Part shown: piece after piece, positions 13,047-25,199 of the stretch
Layout: every line of letters starts with the position of its first letter
Position numbering within the stretch: position 1 is the stretch's first letter
Source of the DNA: Scyliorhinus canicula
Taxonomy: Eukaryota
DNA: 64,000 bases
Assembly: GCF_902713615.1 (NCBI RefSeq)
Contig: NW_024055498.1
Coordinates: forward strand, 732,878-796,877
Reading direction: 5' to 3'
Translations under genes and position numbers: made by a program
Notes under the pieces: model-generated
The model's database searches: none
What the model saw: the letters and a program-made list of their open reading frames with translations, nothing else
Told to the model about the DNA's origin: nothing

Positions 13047-13948
13047 TGTAGCCACCGAAGTTACCCACTTCCCGACCCAAAATGGCGATTTACAAAGGTT
13101 GCAGGGAAAACTGGACAATTATAAAGAGACAAGCAGTTTGCAGAAGTTCATGTGTATTCTGGCTGCAAAGAAAGCAGACAGCACGGAAACCAGCAGTTTG
13201 CATATTAATGAAGCAATCCCCAGGAACAATGGATACAACGATTAGCTACAATTGGGACATTCTATGGCAGGTCAGACTTCCCGGCGTCAACGGGGTCTGA
13301 AACAAAAGGAAACAAACCAGTTAGGAAGAACCGCCCCGCGATCAAGGGGCAGCCTCAGTATTGGGGGATTCGTACCAATTGATTGGGATAAGACCCAATC
13401 GATTGCCAGTGAGTTAGGGGTCCGCCTAAAAGGGCGCGAAGCCCCTGGGACCTATAAAAGTCAGGTCCCAAGTCCAGCTCGCTCTCTTAGCCGGCCCTCC
13501 CAGCAGAACACCTTTGCAGCAGCTCTCTAAGAACTTGAACGTGAGAAGGAGAGGCCTGGCCAACAGCTACACCGACAAGTAAGTGTCCAACCAATGCTCG
13601 CTACGAGAATAGACACTCCTGACCCCTTAGCCCATACCAACTGGGAAGCCTGCAGTCTCAGGACAGAACAAGAGGCCATTGTTCCCTCATCCAGTGGGTT
13701 CCCTTATCAAAGATAAGTATTGGTTTATAGTGGTAGGAATAGTTTAGTCCGCTAGTATTAGTTGCATGAGTATCGATTTACTGTGTAAATAATAAATGTG
13801 TTTGATTGAACCTTACTAACTGGTGTATTGAGTCATTGATCTGAACTTGAACGTCGTGGCGGTATCATAAAGATACCTGGTGACTCTAGAGCTAAGGAAT
13901 AAAACAGAGCCAATTGAGTGTAAAGCACACTCACCAGAACGAGCAACA
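13047..13948 (+). mobile_element. Solo LTR (family unassigned)
   Basis: Begins TGTAGCCACC, ends GCAACA, contains TATAAAA and AATAAA; same termini as 23968-24972; no clean TSD. Confidence 0.65.
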
Positions 13949-14314
13949 GAACCCGCGCTGCTGGCCTGCCCTGGTCTGCTTTAAAAGCCAGCTAATTAGC
14001 CCTGTGTACTGCAGACTGGATATCGCTGCAGGCCTGTTGTGTTGTTGAGCTGTTCCTTTAGTTGGAGTGACGCATTGTAGAAACAACATTTCTGGGTTGG
14101 ACAGTAGCACATTGGTTAGCACTGTTGCTTCACAGCACCAGGGTCCAAGATTTTCGTTCCCGCTTGGGTGACTGTATATACGGAGCCCTCCTGTGTCCTC
14201 TGCACGTCCTCGTTGTGTCTGCATGGGTTTCCTTCGGGTGCTTTGGTTTCCTCCCATGTCCAAAGATGTGCAGGTTAGGTGGATTGGTAAATGGACTGTA
14301 GTTGATCAACCGAA

Positions 14315-14435
14315 GGATTGGATTGGATTTGTTTATTGTCACGTGTACCGAGGTACAGTGAAAAATATTTTTCTGCAAGCAGCTCAACAGATCATTCAGT
14401 ACATGGGAAGAAAAGGGAATTAAACAGGAGAACCC
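14315..14435 (-). mobile_element. Rex1-like LINE 3' tip
   Basis: Matches the 3' end at 20300-20413, including GTGACAATAAAC and the (CAAATC)n tail. Confidence 0.7.
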
Positions 14436-14491
14436 AAATGAATATGTTTCAGTCCTGAATGTGAGTTAACAGCAAAATGCAACCACTGTGG

Positions 14492-15109
14492 TTACTTGTG
14501 GCCTCGTTGGTGTCTCAGCACGAGGGATGAAGTGGTGAATCCCTTCCCACACTGGGAGCAGGTGAATGGTCTCTCTCCCGTGTGAACTCGCTGGTGTGTC
14601 TGCAGGTGGGATGAAGTGATGAATCTCTTCCCACACTTTGAGCAGGAGAATGGCCTCTCCCCAGTGTGACTTCGCTGATGTACAGTGAGGTTAGATGATT
14701 GTCTGAAGCCAGTCCCGCAGTAAGCGCACCTAAATGGTCTCTCATCAGTGTGAACACGTTGATGTTGCATCAGTTCCCCAGAACTTTTATAGCACTTCCT
14801 GCAGTCTGGACATTGAAATGGTCTCTCCCCAGTGTGAACCCGCCGGTGACTCAGCAGGTGGGATGACTGAGTGAATCCCTTCCCACACTTGGAGCAGGTG
14901 AATGGTCTTTCCCCGGTGTGACTGCGTCGATGAGTTTCCAGATGGGATGGGGAAGTGAATCCTTTCCCACAGTCCGCACATTTCCACGGTTTCTCCTCAG
15001 TGTGACTGCATTTGTGGCTTGTGAGGTCTGATGATTGACTGAATCCTCGTCCACACACACAACATGTGTACGGTTTCTCCTCACTGTGAACAATGCTTTT
15101 TCCTTCCAT
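14492..15109 (-). CDS. C2H2 zinc-finger protein, 205 aa, seven tandem fingers, no KRAB or other effector domain in this exon
   Basis: Seven CxxC...HxxxH repeats with TGERPF-type linkers; upstream acceptor TTTCACAG|G at 15217 is followed by an in-frame TGA, so ATG 15109 is the likely start. Confidence 0.85.
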   Translation of the reverse strand: MEGKSIVHSEEKPYTCCVCGRGFSQSSDLTSHKCSHTEEKPWKCADCGKGFTSPSHLETHRRSHTGERPFTCSKCGKGFTQSSHLLSHRRVHTGERPFQCPDCRKCYKSSGELMQHQRVHTDERPFRCAYCGTGFRQSSNLTVHQRSHTGERPFSCSKCGKRFITSSHLQTHQRVHTGERPFTCSQCGKGFTTSSLVLRHQRGHK

Positions 15110-15494
15110 GTTTAAAGTACAATGATATTCAGGATATGATAAATTGAGGATTCTGTCAGACCCTGATGTGATGCTTGGTTTGAGTTTCCGGACTTTGAAG
15201 CCTCCTCCTCAAACACCCTGTGAAACTGATGTAAAAACAGAAAATAGGGAGTGAGAGAGAACCCACAAAACACAAAGGCAGGTTGCGAAATTGAGCTGAA
15301 TGAATCTGGTCATTTGTGGGGCCGGCACTGGAAAAAAGTGACCATGAAAACTACTGGATTGTCACAAAAACCCAACTGGCCTCTTTGGGAGGAGTGAGAA
15401 AGAGGTGAAGACATATTAAGAGAGTAGTTGGCAAAGCAACCTCGATCTTGAGCTTCATAAAGAGTAATATTGATACTGCAACAGGGATTCTGGT

Positions 15495-15830
15495 GGCACA
15501 GTGATTAGCACTGCTGCCTCACAACGCCAGGGACCCGGGTTCAATTCCGGCCTTGGTGACTGTGTGGAGTTTTCACTTTCTCCCCGTGTATGTGTGGGTT
15601 TCTACCGGGTGCTCAGGTTTCCTCCCACAGTCTAAAGAAGGCCATGTTAGGTGGATTGACCTTGCTAAATTGTCCCTCAGTGTCCAGGGATGTGCAGGTT
15701 AGGTGGGGCTGTGGGGTTACAGGGACAGGGTAGTGGTGTAGGTCTAGACAGGCTGCCCGTCCAGAGAGTCGGTGTAGACTCGATGGGCTGAATGGCCTCC
15801 TTCTGCACTGTAGGAATTCTATGGTTCTAA
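15495..15830 (+). mobile_element. tRNA-derived SINE
   Basis: GGTGGCACAGTGATTAGCACTGCTGCC...GGTTCAATTCC; tail ending TTCTATGGTTCTA. Confidence 0.8.
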
Positions 15831-15879
15831 TTCTATTCAATGAATCTTTATAAAGCTCTGGTCACCACTTTTCAGGAAG

Positions 15880-16221
15880 GATAGAACATAGAACAGTACA
15901 GCACAGAACAGGCCCTTCGGCCCTCGATGTTGTGCCGAGCAATGATCACCCTACTCAAACCCACGTATCCACCCTATACCCGTAACCCAACAACCCCCCC
16001 CCTTAACCTTACTTTTTAGGACACCACGGGCAATTTAGCATGGCCAATCCACCTAACCCGCACATCTTTGGACTGTGGGAGGGAACCGGAGCACTCGGAG
16101 GAAACCCATGCAGACACGGGGAGGACGTGCAGACACCGCACAGACAGTGACCCAGACGGGAACCGAACCTGGGACCCTGGAGCTGTGAAGCATTTATGCT
16201 AACCACCATGCTACCGTGCTG
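15880..16221 (-). mobile_element. tRNA-derived SINE, near-identical to 11650-11996
   Basis: Direct sequence comparison. Confidence 0.88.
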
Positions 16222-16734
16222 TTCTTGGAGAAGGAGAAGGTGCAGAGCAGATTTACCAGAATGGATCCAGCAAAGGAGGTTGAGGGGAGATTTGACTCAG
16301 GGACACAAGATTATGTCAGATTTCCATCGGGTGGACAAAGAAACTCTGTTTCCATTCATTGATCGTACAAGCACTAGGTAGGCAGATTTAAAGTTTTGGG
16401 TAAAACCTGGATTAATCTATAGAAGAATCGAGAACGAGGGTATCATTGTTGCAAAATAAGGAGTCGCCCATTTCAGGTGGAGATGAGGATTTTTCTTCAA
16501 GAGGGTTGTAAAACTTTGGAACTCCCGTCCTTAAAAGGCAGTGGGAGCAGAGTCCTTGAATATTTTTGAGGCAGAGTTGGATAGATTCTTGATGAGCAAA
16601 GGGGTGAAAGGTCATCAGGGGTAGGCAGGAATGTGGAGTTGAGGTTAGAATGAGATCAGCCGCAATCTTATTGAATGCTGAGCAGGCTCGAAGGGCCGAG
16701 TGGCCTGTTCCTAGTTTGTTAGTAAAAAGTACAG

Positions 16735-18415
16735 GAGATATAAGAACATAAGAACTAGGAGCAGGAGTAGGCCATCTGGCCCCTCAAGCCTGATCCGCCA
16801 TTCAATTAGATCATGGCTGATCTTTTGTGGACTCAGCTCCACTTTCTGGCCCGAACACCATAACCCTTAATCCCTTTATTCTTCAAAAAACTATCTATCT
16901 TTACCTTAAAAACATGTAATGAAGGAGCCTCAACTGCTTCACTGGGCAAGGAATTCCATAGATTCACAACCCTTTGGGTGAAGAAGTTCCTCCTAAACTC
17001 AGTCCTAAATCTACTTCCCCTTATTTTGAGGCTATGTCCCCTAGTTCTGCTGTCACCCGCCAGTGGAAACAACCTGCCCGCATCTATCCTATCTATTCCC
17101 TTCATAATTTTAAATGTTTCAATAAGATCCCCCCTCATCCTTCTAAATTCCAACGAGTACAGTCCCAGTCTACTCAACCTCTCCTCATAATCCAATCCCT
17201 TCAGCTCTGGGATTAACCTAGTGAATCTCCTCTGCACACCCTCCAGCGCCAGTACGTCCTTTCTCAAGTAAGGAGACCAAAACTGAACACAATACTCCAG
17301 GTGTGGCCGCACTAACACCTTATACAATTGCAACATAACCTCCCTAGTCTTAAACTCCATCCCTCTAGCAATGAAGGACAAAATTCCATTTGCCTTCTTT
17401 TTTTTTTTATAAATGTTTTTTTATTGAGTTTTCATATTTTATATATGACAAATTACAAGTTATTAGAGAGAGAGAAAAAAAAAGGAAAACACAAAAATTT
17501 AACATGAGTATTTACAGGTAAGCATCTTCATAACAATAATTGTGGCCGCCCCCTTTAGCCAGCATACATATTTTCCATTCCCCAATATGGCCGAGGCACA
17601 TGTTTATAGGCATTTATTTATAGTTTGGTTTTGGGCCTTGGCTTGCCATCAAACCCCCATACCGAGCCCGTATCCCCCCCCCCCCCCCCCCCCCCGGCTA
17701 CCTTCCCCCGATTCCCGCCATTTTCCCCTGGTTCTTGGCCACCCGACTATTCTTTCTCATGCACGTTGGCCACAAACAGGTCCCGGAACAGTTGCATGAA
17801 TGGCTCCCACGTTCTGTGGAAGCCGTCGTCCGACCCTCGGATGGCGAATTTGATTTTCTCCATTTGGAGAGATCCATTTGCCTTCTTAATCACCTGTTGC
17901 ACTTGTAAACCAACCTTCTGTGACTCATGCACTAGCACACCCAAGTCTCTCTGAACAGCGGCATGCTTTAATATTTTATTGTTTAAATAATAATCCCGTT
18001 TGCTGTTATTCCTACCAAAATGGATAACCTCACATTTGTCAACATTGTATTCCATCTGCCAGACCCGAGCCCATTCACTTAACCTATCCAAATCCCTCTG
18101 CAGACTTCCAGTATCCTCTGCACTTTTTGCTTTACCACTCATCTTAGTATCATCTGCAAACTTGGACACATTGCCCTTGGTCCCCAACTTCAAATCATCT
18201 ATGTAAATTGTGAACAATTGTGGGCCCAACACGGATCCCTGAGGGACACCACTAGCTACTGATTGCCAACCAGAGAAACACCCATTTATCCCAACTCTTT
18301 GCTTTCTATTAATTAACCAATCCTCTATCCATGCTACTACTTTACCCTTAATGCCATGCATCTTTATCTTATGCAGCAACCTTTTGTGTGGCACCTTGTC
18401 AAAGGCTTTCTGGAA
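16735..18415 (-). mobile_element. 5'-truncated CR1 LINE split by an L1 insertion
   Basis: RT motifs GVPQGSVLGP, KFADD and LEFRRMRGDL in ORFs 17747-18520 and 16833-17381; (TTCTTATG)n-type tail at 16735-16755. Confidence 0.9.
17400..17872 (-). mobile_element. 5'-truncated L1-clade 3' end with poly(A) and 15-bp TSD
   Basis: Encodes MEKIKFAIRGSDDGFHRTWEPF (homologous to the L1 ORF2 end at ~34075-34163); TSD TCCATTTGCCTTCTT at 17385-17399 and 17873-17887; target TT/AAGA. Confidence 0.9.
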
Positions 18416-19825
18416 ATGTGGATAGAGAAATGTGATATGGGATATGTTTTTACTCAGCGACCGGCAATGACCTGAAATTTGCTGCCTAGGAGGGAGTTTG
18501 AAAATAGATACATGAATCATTTGATTTCAAAAGGAAATTGGACAGACATCTGAGGGAAATAAACCTGCGAGGATACAGGGATGGAGCAGGAGAATGGGAC
18601 TGACTGGATTGCTGCAGTGAGCTAGCATGGATTCAATGGGCCGAATACCATTCTCTGTGCCATCATGTCTCTGACTCTTTTGTGTAATCTAGTTTTGTAA
18701 TTTGAGATGCACTCAGTTCAAGGGCAATTAGGGTGGGCAGTGAATGCTGGCCCAGCCAGCGACACCCACACCCCGTGAATGAATAGAAAAGAAAATCTGC
18801 CGTCTTTACCTGGTCTGGCTGACACGGTTCCAAACCACAGCAATCTACTGGGGAGATCGGAGGTAGACATTTTATACAGTGAGTGATAATGATCTGAACT
18901 CAATGCTTACACACAAAGGTCGATAATCTCCAGGTCCTGATAACCCGAATTTGATGTGAGGATTGGTTGTGGGTTTCCTGTCTGCGAATCCCTTTCTAAG
19001 CTCCTGTGAAAGAAGTTTACAAAGGCATCACTGTCAGTCCAGAAATGAAATTCAGGAAAGATAAACATTTCTCCTGGTTTGAATTTGCTGTGTGTAAATC
19101 CTCCCCTACTAATCCCCTGTAAAAGGAGTTTCCAAAATTAATCACCGTCAGTCCAGGATAGAAATTCACTACAATCTCCCCTCTTTTGCTGGGACAGACG
19201 ATAATAGTGGAGATGGGGCCCAGAGGAGAAACAGGAAAGGATTCACTCACTTTGAGAGTAACAAATACAGTGTCTGTTCCAATAAGTCAGGCTGCAGTGT
19301 GGAGTGAACAGCATAGGATCCAATGTAGAATCATAGAATCCCGAGTGCTGAAGGAGGCCATTTGGCCCACCGACCCTCTGAAAGATCACCCTACCGTGGC
19401 CAATCGCCCACCCTAATCCCGTAAACCCACCCAGGGACAATTTAGCACAGCCAATCCACCTAACCGGCTCATCTTTGGACTGTGGGAGGAAATCTTCGCA
19501 GCCACGGGAAGAATGTGCAAACTCCACACAGACAGTGACCCAAGGTTGGAATCGAACCCAGGTACCTGGTGCTTGAGGCAACAGTGCTAACTACCGAGCC
19601 ACCCCCATAACCCTGTCATGATTAGACTATAACCTGCCTCTTATTCCAATTCTGGTGTGTGTTACTCTGTTACTGTTATCATTAGACACTAATAGGAGGG
19701 CAAGCTGCAAGGTAGCAATGTTATTTTGAAGTTTCTGTGTTACAATGAGTGTCACTGGGAGATGTGATAAAATAGGAATGGAAACATCATGACAAAGGGT
19801 GGCACGGTGGCAGTTGTTAGCGCTG

Positions 19826-20413
19826 TCCGTTCCCTTACCAACCCTTACCAACTTTTACAGATGCACTATAGAGAGCATCCTCTCGGGCTGCATCACAGCC
19901 TGGTATGGCAACTGCTCGGCCCAGGACCGCAAGGAACTTCAGAGAGTCGTGAATACCGCCCAGTCCATCACACGAACCTGCCTCCCATCCATTGATTCCA
20001 TCTACACCTCCCGCTGCCGGGGGAAAGCAGGCAGCATAATCAAGGATCCCTCCCACCCGGCTTACTCACTTTTCCAACTTCTTCCATCGGGCAGGAGATT
20101 CAGAAGTCTGAGAACACGGACGAACAGACTCAAAAACAGCTTCTTCCCCACTGTCACCAGACTCCTAAATGACCCTTTTATGGACTGTCCTCATTAACAC
20201 TACACCCTGTCTGCTTCATCCGATGCCAATGCTTATGTAGTTACATTGTATATCTTGTGTTGCCCTATTATGTATTCTCATGTATTTTCTTGAATTCTGT
20301 TCAATTCCCTTTTCTTCCCATGTACTGAATGATCTGTTGAGCTGCTTGCAGAAAAATACTTTTCACTGTACCTCGGTACACGTGACAATAAACAAATCCA
20401 AATCCAAATCCAA
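19826..20413 (+). mobile_element. Rex1/Babar-like LINE 3' fragment
   Basis: ESILSGCITAWYGNC...LPSGRRFRSLRTRTNRLKNSFFP; tail (CAAATC)n. Confidence 0.8.
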
Positions 20414-20659
20414 ATGCTGCCTCACGGTGCTGAGTACCCAGGTTCGATCCCGGCCCCGGGTCACTGCCGTGTGAAGTTTGCACATTCTCCCCGTGTCTCC
20501 GTGGGTCTCACCCCCACAACCCAAAGATGTGCAGACTCGGTGGATTGGCCACTCTTTTGACGTCCACCAACAAAATAGAACAAAGGAAACAAACTTAGGG
20601 ACAAAGCAAAAAGGGCCGCTCCAGTTAGAGGCACCGCCCGAACGTAACAGAGATCAGCA

Positions 20660-21280
20660 GAAACTTAAAAACATCTAATGGGAGTGTATTTAAAGGGGGT
20701 CAATAAAGCACCCCAACCCCTGCGGTGCCCACCGGGCATGGAAGGCTTTGATGGTGCCCATGGACACCGCATGCTCCCTTTCTAGGGACACCCAGCTGCG
20801 AGTGTAGCTGCGGAAAAGGGGCAAACAGTCTGGTTGGATGACCCCCTCAGTCGCCTGCTGCCTCGACCTATAAATGACGCGCTTCACCAGGCCCAGAGCA
20901 GGTTCACAAGGAGGTAAGTGGAGCTGGTTCGCGAGGTCTTCGGCCCAAGTCAGACTCAGCAAAAACACAGCCCGTGCTCCCACCCTGGAACGACCACCCA
21001 GTGGAATCCACCTCCTCCCTGCTGGTGTGTGGTGTCTTCAGTTCGGGAGGGGGCTCAGCAAACACACTGTCCACTCGATCCCCCTGACCTGGAACAAGCA
21101 CACGGATTGAATAAGGAAGGTTTTGTCCTTGCTGAAGGCAGATGTTATCAGTTGGGAGCACTGGGCCGGGCCCTCAACCCCAACAAACAAGCAGTCCAAA
21201 GGGCTTTACTCCCATCTTGTTTTTGAAGTTGCCTCCTTGTTGTTGTCATTCTCTCCCCTCTCCTTCCTCCAGGCAGCTCA
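20660..21280 (-). mobile_element. Tx1-clade LINE ORF2 C-terminal fragment
   Basis: LGLVKRVIYRSRQQATEGVIQPDCLPLFRSYTRSWVSLEREHAVS...RWAPQGL. Confidence 0.65.
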
Positions 21281-22599
21281 GCAGCAACCAGCACCAGAAA
21301 CAGGCAGCAAATTGAGCAACAGCAGCAACAACAGAGAACGAGAGACAACAGCAACAGAGAAAGAAAGGGAGCAGCAACAGCAGCAGCCACTCTCCACAAC
21401 AGCAACATCCTCACAACACCAAAGTCTGCACTGGGAGTGCCAGCTTCGGATTGGCCATGCTAAATTGCCCCTTAATTGGAAACAAATAATTGGGTACTCT
21501 GAATTCATAATAAAAAATAATAATAATACTCACCTCTTGTCACAATTTTGGTGTTTTCAAGTTTACAATCTGCTGCAACCTTCGGCTGGAAAGATATCAG
21601 AAGCTTTGGAAGCACCTGTAAAAAGAAATTACACTGGTCAGAAATGTTAGTCGAGGTTAGAAATTAAGATCAGACAAACCTTTATCTTGGTTTAAGTTTG
21701 CTGGGCGTAAATCCTCCCCTTCTAACCCCCGGTAAAAGGAGTTTCCAAAATCCATCAATCTTCAAGTCCAGGATAGAAGGTCCAAACATTCCTTCCCCTT
21801 GTTGCCAGTCCCAAGATTACTTAATGAGGGTTTTACTTGCTTTGGAGGCAGTTCAGTGAAGTTTCACTAGTCTGATTCCTGGGATGCGAGACTTTGTTTT
21901 ATGGAGCAAGATTGAGCCTGTTTGATCTGTACCCGATGGAGTTTAGAAGAATGAGAGGTGATCTTATTGAAACATCGAAGATTCTGAGGGGTTTTGATAA
22001 AAGAATATTTTCCCACGTGGGGTTCAAGAACTAAGGAGGACAGTTTAAAGATAAGAGTTCTCCAATGTGACACTGAGGTAAGGAGAAATGTCTTCCCTCA
22101 GAGGATCATCAGTATGTGGATAAAAGTAAATTGCTGCGGATGCTGGAATCTGGAACAAAAACAGAAAATACTGGACACTCTCAGCAGGTCTGACAGTATC
22201 TGTGGGGAGAAAGGGAAGCTAACATTTTGAGTCTGGATGACTCTTTGTCAAAGCTGAGTTTGTGGAATCCTGTTTTCCAGAGAGTAGTGTCGCTGGGTCA
22301 CTGAATATACTCAAAGCTGAGTTAGTCTTTTTTTATCTACTGGGGAGTCAAAGATTTTTGGGGGAAGGCAGGAAAATGTGATTAAGGGCACATTCGGATC
22401 AGCCATGCCTTTATTGACTGGCAGAGCAGGGTCAATAGGCCGCATGGCCTCCTCCTGCTACTAATTCTGATGTTATTATTCTTCTGTTCTTCGGATTGCC
22501 ACACACACAGGACAGCAGCACCGTTCCCCTGTGGAGGGGCCTGTCAATCATCGACACAATGATTTTATCTCCTGGTCACCGGGATCCTGAAGCACCGCC

Positions 22600-22920
22600 T
22601 CTGTTACGTCATCAGGATGGCGCCTCAGCCGCGCCGCTAAACAAAGATGGCGGCCGTGGAGCTGGGCCTGATACTGGATACAAGCTCCGCAGCTGCAAAC
22701 GCGGGATTTGCAGGGTCTTAAACCGACCCTGTGAGCAGCAGGGGGTGTTTATGAAGCCGTAACTCCCTCCCCACCCCGACTCCCGGCTCCATTCCTCCCT
22801 CCGCCTCACCGACTCTCACCGCCCCAAACAACCGCTCCCGCACTCGCAGACCTCCCAGCAAAGTGATACTGCGCATGCTCCAGATACAGCCCAGCATTGC
22901 GTCTGCGCGGTGGGCGACGT
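22600..22920 (-). promoter_or_regulatory. CpG-rich promoter-like region, candidate promoter of the ZF gene
   Basis: Local CpG enrichment, NRF1-like TGCGCATGC (22870-22878), YY1-like AAGATGGCGG (22644-22653); paralogous to 4330-4520. Confidence 0.5.
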
Positions 22921-23967
22921 GGAGTGAATACGGCACATTCACAGCAACAGGGAATGCTGGGTAATAACCGCACCATTGAAACGGTAAATACAAAATAACT
23001 TGGTGACCAATTGCGAAAATAATCAAACAAATTATTGTCAATGGGTATTCTGCTATTCTCCATTTCTCAAAATTATTGAATGCTGCTCTCCTGTGGAACA
23101 ATGAAGAACTTAAATGTTTTTATCCCCAATGGGTCCTTTCTCTCTCCTCCCCAGAAAATGCAAACTCTTGCTGGGTTCAATTCCAGAATCTGTAATTCCT
23201 CCATCTTCTTCCCTCTTGCTCGTCAGACTGAATGTTCAGTGTTTTCTCGAATGATCCAGCACAGATGGAAGTCACTCGGCATGTCATGTCTGTAATGACT
23301 TTGTACAAGAGCTACCACTTTTCCTGGTTAAATTCAATTTGCCACTGTTGTGCCCCCAGATGACCAGCCCATCTGTATCATTCCGTGATTTAAGGCTTTT
23401 CTCCTCGCTAGTTAACGAACCAACAATTTTCCATCTGCAAAAGTATTGATCATGCCTCCTACCTTCACGTATTTCCAATCCTCGATTTTATATATAATTA
23501 CTATTGGTAGCTGAGGATGCACCAGGATCTCCATCAGCACCTGAACCTACGATTTCTTCCTGTGAGACAATCGAGAGCTTTAATCACCCTGGGGAAACAA
23601 TGCTGAGAAAGCTGATGGTCTGGGCAAGGCTAACAACTGGGTGCTGCCATGCATGTCTCTGAATTTACTCCACTCCTGTTCATTCTCCACTTATGTAATA
23701 AGCATTGATCGTAATTACTGGGTAGAGGTTGCTGCCAATTGGTCACTATCGTGACAATGTGCGCATCAAACAGCATCATTAGGGCAGCGCAGTCGCACAG
23801 TGGTTAGCACTGTTGCTTTACAACGCCAGAGTCCCGGGTTCGATTCCGCTTGGGTCACTGCCTGTGCAGTCTGCCATCACAAAAACCAATATAAATCTTA
23901 AAGATTAAACTCCAGCCAGTTAATGTTAGGTGGAAAGTAAATAATAATAATCTTTATTGTCACACAG

Positions 23968-24972
23968 TGTAGCCACCTAAGATGGACACTGGGCTAACAA
24001 AATGGAGAAAACAGTTTAGCCAGGACAAGCAGTCTGCAAAAGCTAATTAGCATTCTGCACGTAGCAAAACTAGTTTATGGCCAGGTGGAAGATCTCAACC
24101 AAAGGTGTAAATAGCAAAACGCTTTGCATAGTAATGAGGCAATCCAGATCTGGGCCCACACAATAGAAACATTTGAGTTTGAATGGATACTTTGAGTGGA
24201 CGCCCAGACGAAACGGCACCAGAAGTATCCATCACAAAAGACCCTAGAGACCGCCCCATCCATCGAGAAGAGACCCTCAGATTGGGGGGTTTGTAAGACA
24301 TCGATTGGGAAATGATCCAATCGAGACATAGCAGGTAAAGGCCCGCCCCGAAAAGACACGGACATTGGGGGCCCTATAAAGATAGACCCCGCACATGGTT
24401 CTGTCTGTTTTGCTCCGGCTCCGCTGTTGACTCCGGCTTGGACTGCTGTTTTGACTTCGACCCAGATCTGCTGTTGTATCCTGACTCCGACTCCAGCCGT
24501 TGATCCTGTCTTCCATCACCAGCCGTTGAGCACCAGCCATCGTTCAGTAAGTGCCAAAACGACGCTCGCTACGTGAACCCAGCCTTGCCTATACATTAAT
24601 CAACTAGTAACGAACAGAAGGTGCAGCCCAGAAAGGAACAAAGGCCTTGTCCCCTGACCTTGCTGGTTCCCACTTAGATAAGTATTTAGTCGTTTAATAG
24701 TAGAAATAGGTATTAGTCTTTAGCGTGTGCATGTGTATTTATTATATTTGTATAATAAATATTGATCGTTGGAACTTACTAATCGGTGTATAGTTTTATT
24801 ACTTTGAACCTGACCTTGAGATACTTGTGAGGTGTCTATATACGGCACCTGGCGACTCCGAGCTGAAATTACACACACAGAGCTGTAGCAGTGTTAAGCA
24901 CACGGCCTTTAAACGGAGGCGTGTTAATACACTCCAATAAACGCGTAATACACTCAAGTAAAACGTGCAACA
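23968..24972 (+). mobile_element. Solo LTR inserted in a SINE-like repeat
   Basis: TGTAGCCACC...GCAACA termini, TATAAA and AATAAA; host repeat TTATTGTCAC|...GGCTTACATTAACACTGC split on either side. Confidence 0.7.
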
Positions 24973-25199
24973 GTGGCTTACATTAACACTGCAATGAAGT
25001 TACTGTGAAATGCCCATCGCCGCCACATTTTGGCTGTTCGGGTACAGAGGGAGCTTTGCGCAGGTGAAGGAGACACATCCTGAGTGAGTGAGACACATCC
25101 AGAGTGGGAATTGGAACTTGGTAATTTGCTGCAGTGAGCTAATTTGGTACAGAGTGGTAGAAGGTCCTTTTTACCTCCTGTTTTGTTCTCTCTCTTGCT

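Noticed and set aside
15334-15372. Perfect nonamer ACAAAAACC at 15364-15372 (another at 23879-23887)
   Set aside because: No CAC-starting heptamer at 12 or 23 nt
24966-24973. ACAG as a 4-bp TSD of the solo LTR
   Set aside because: Requires ending at 24969, whereas the related LTR at 13047-13948 indicates a GCAACA terminus; unresolved
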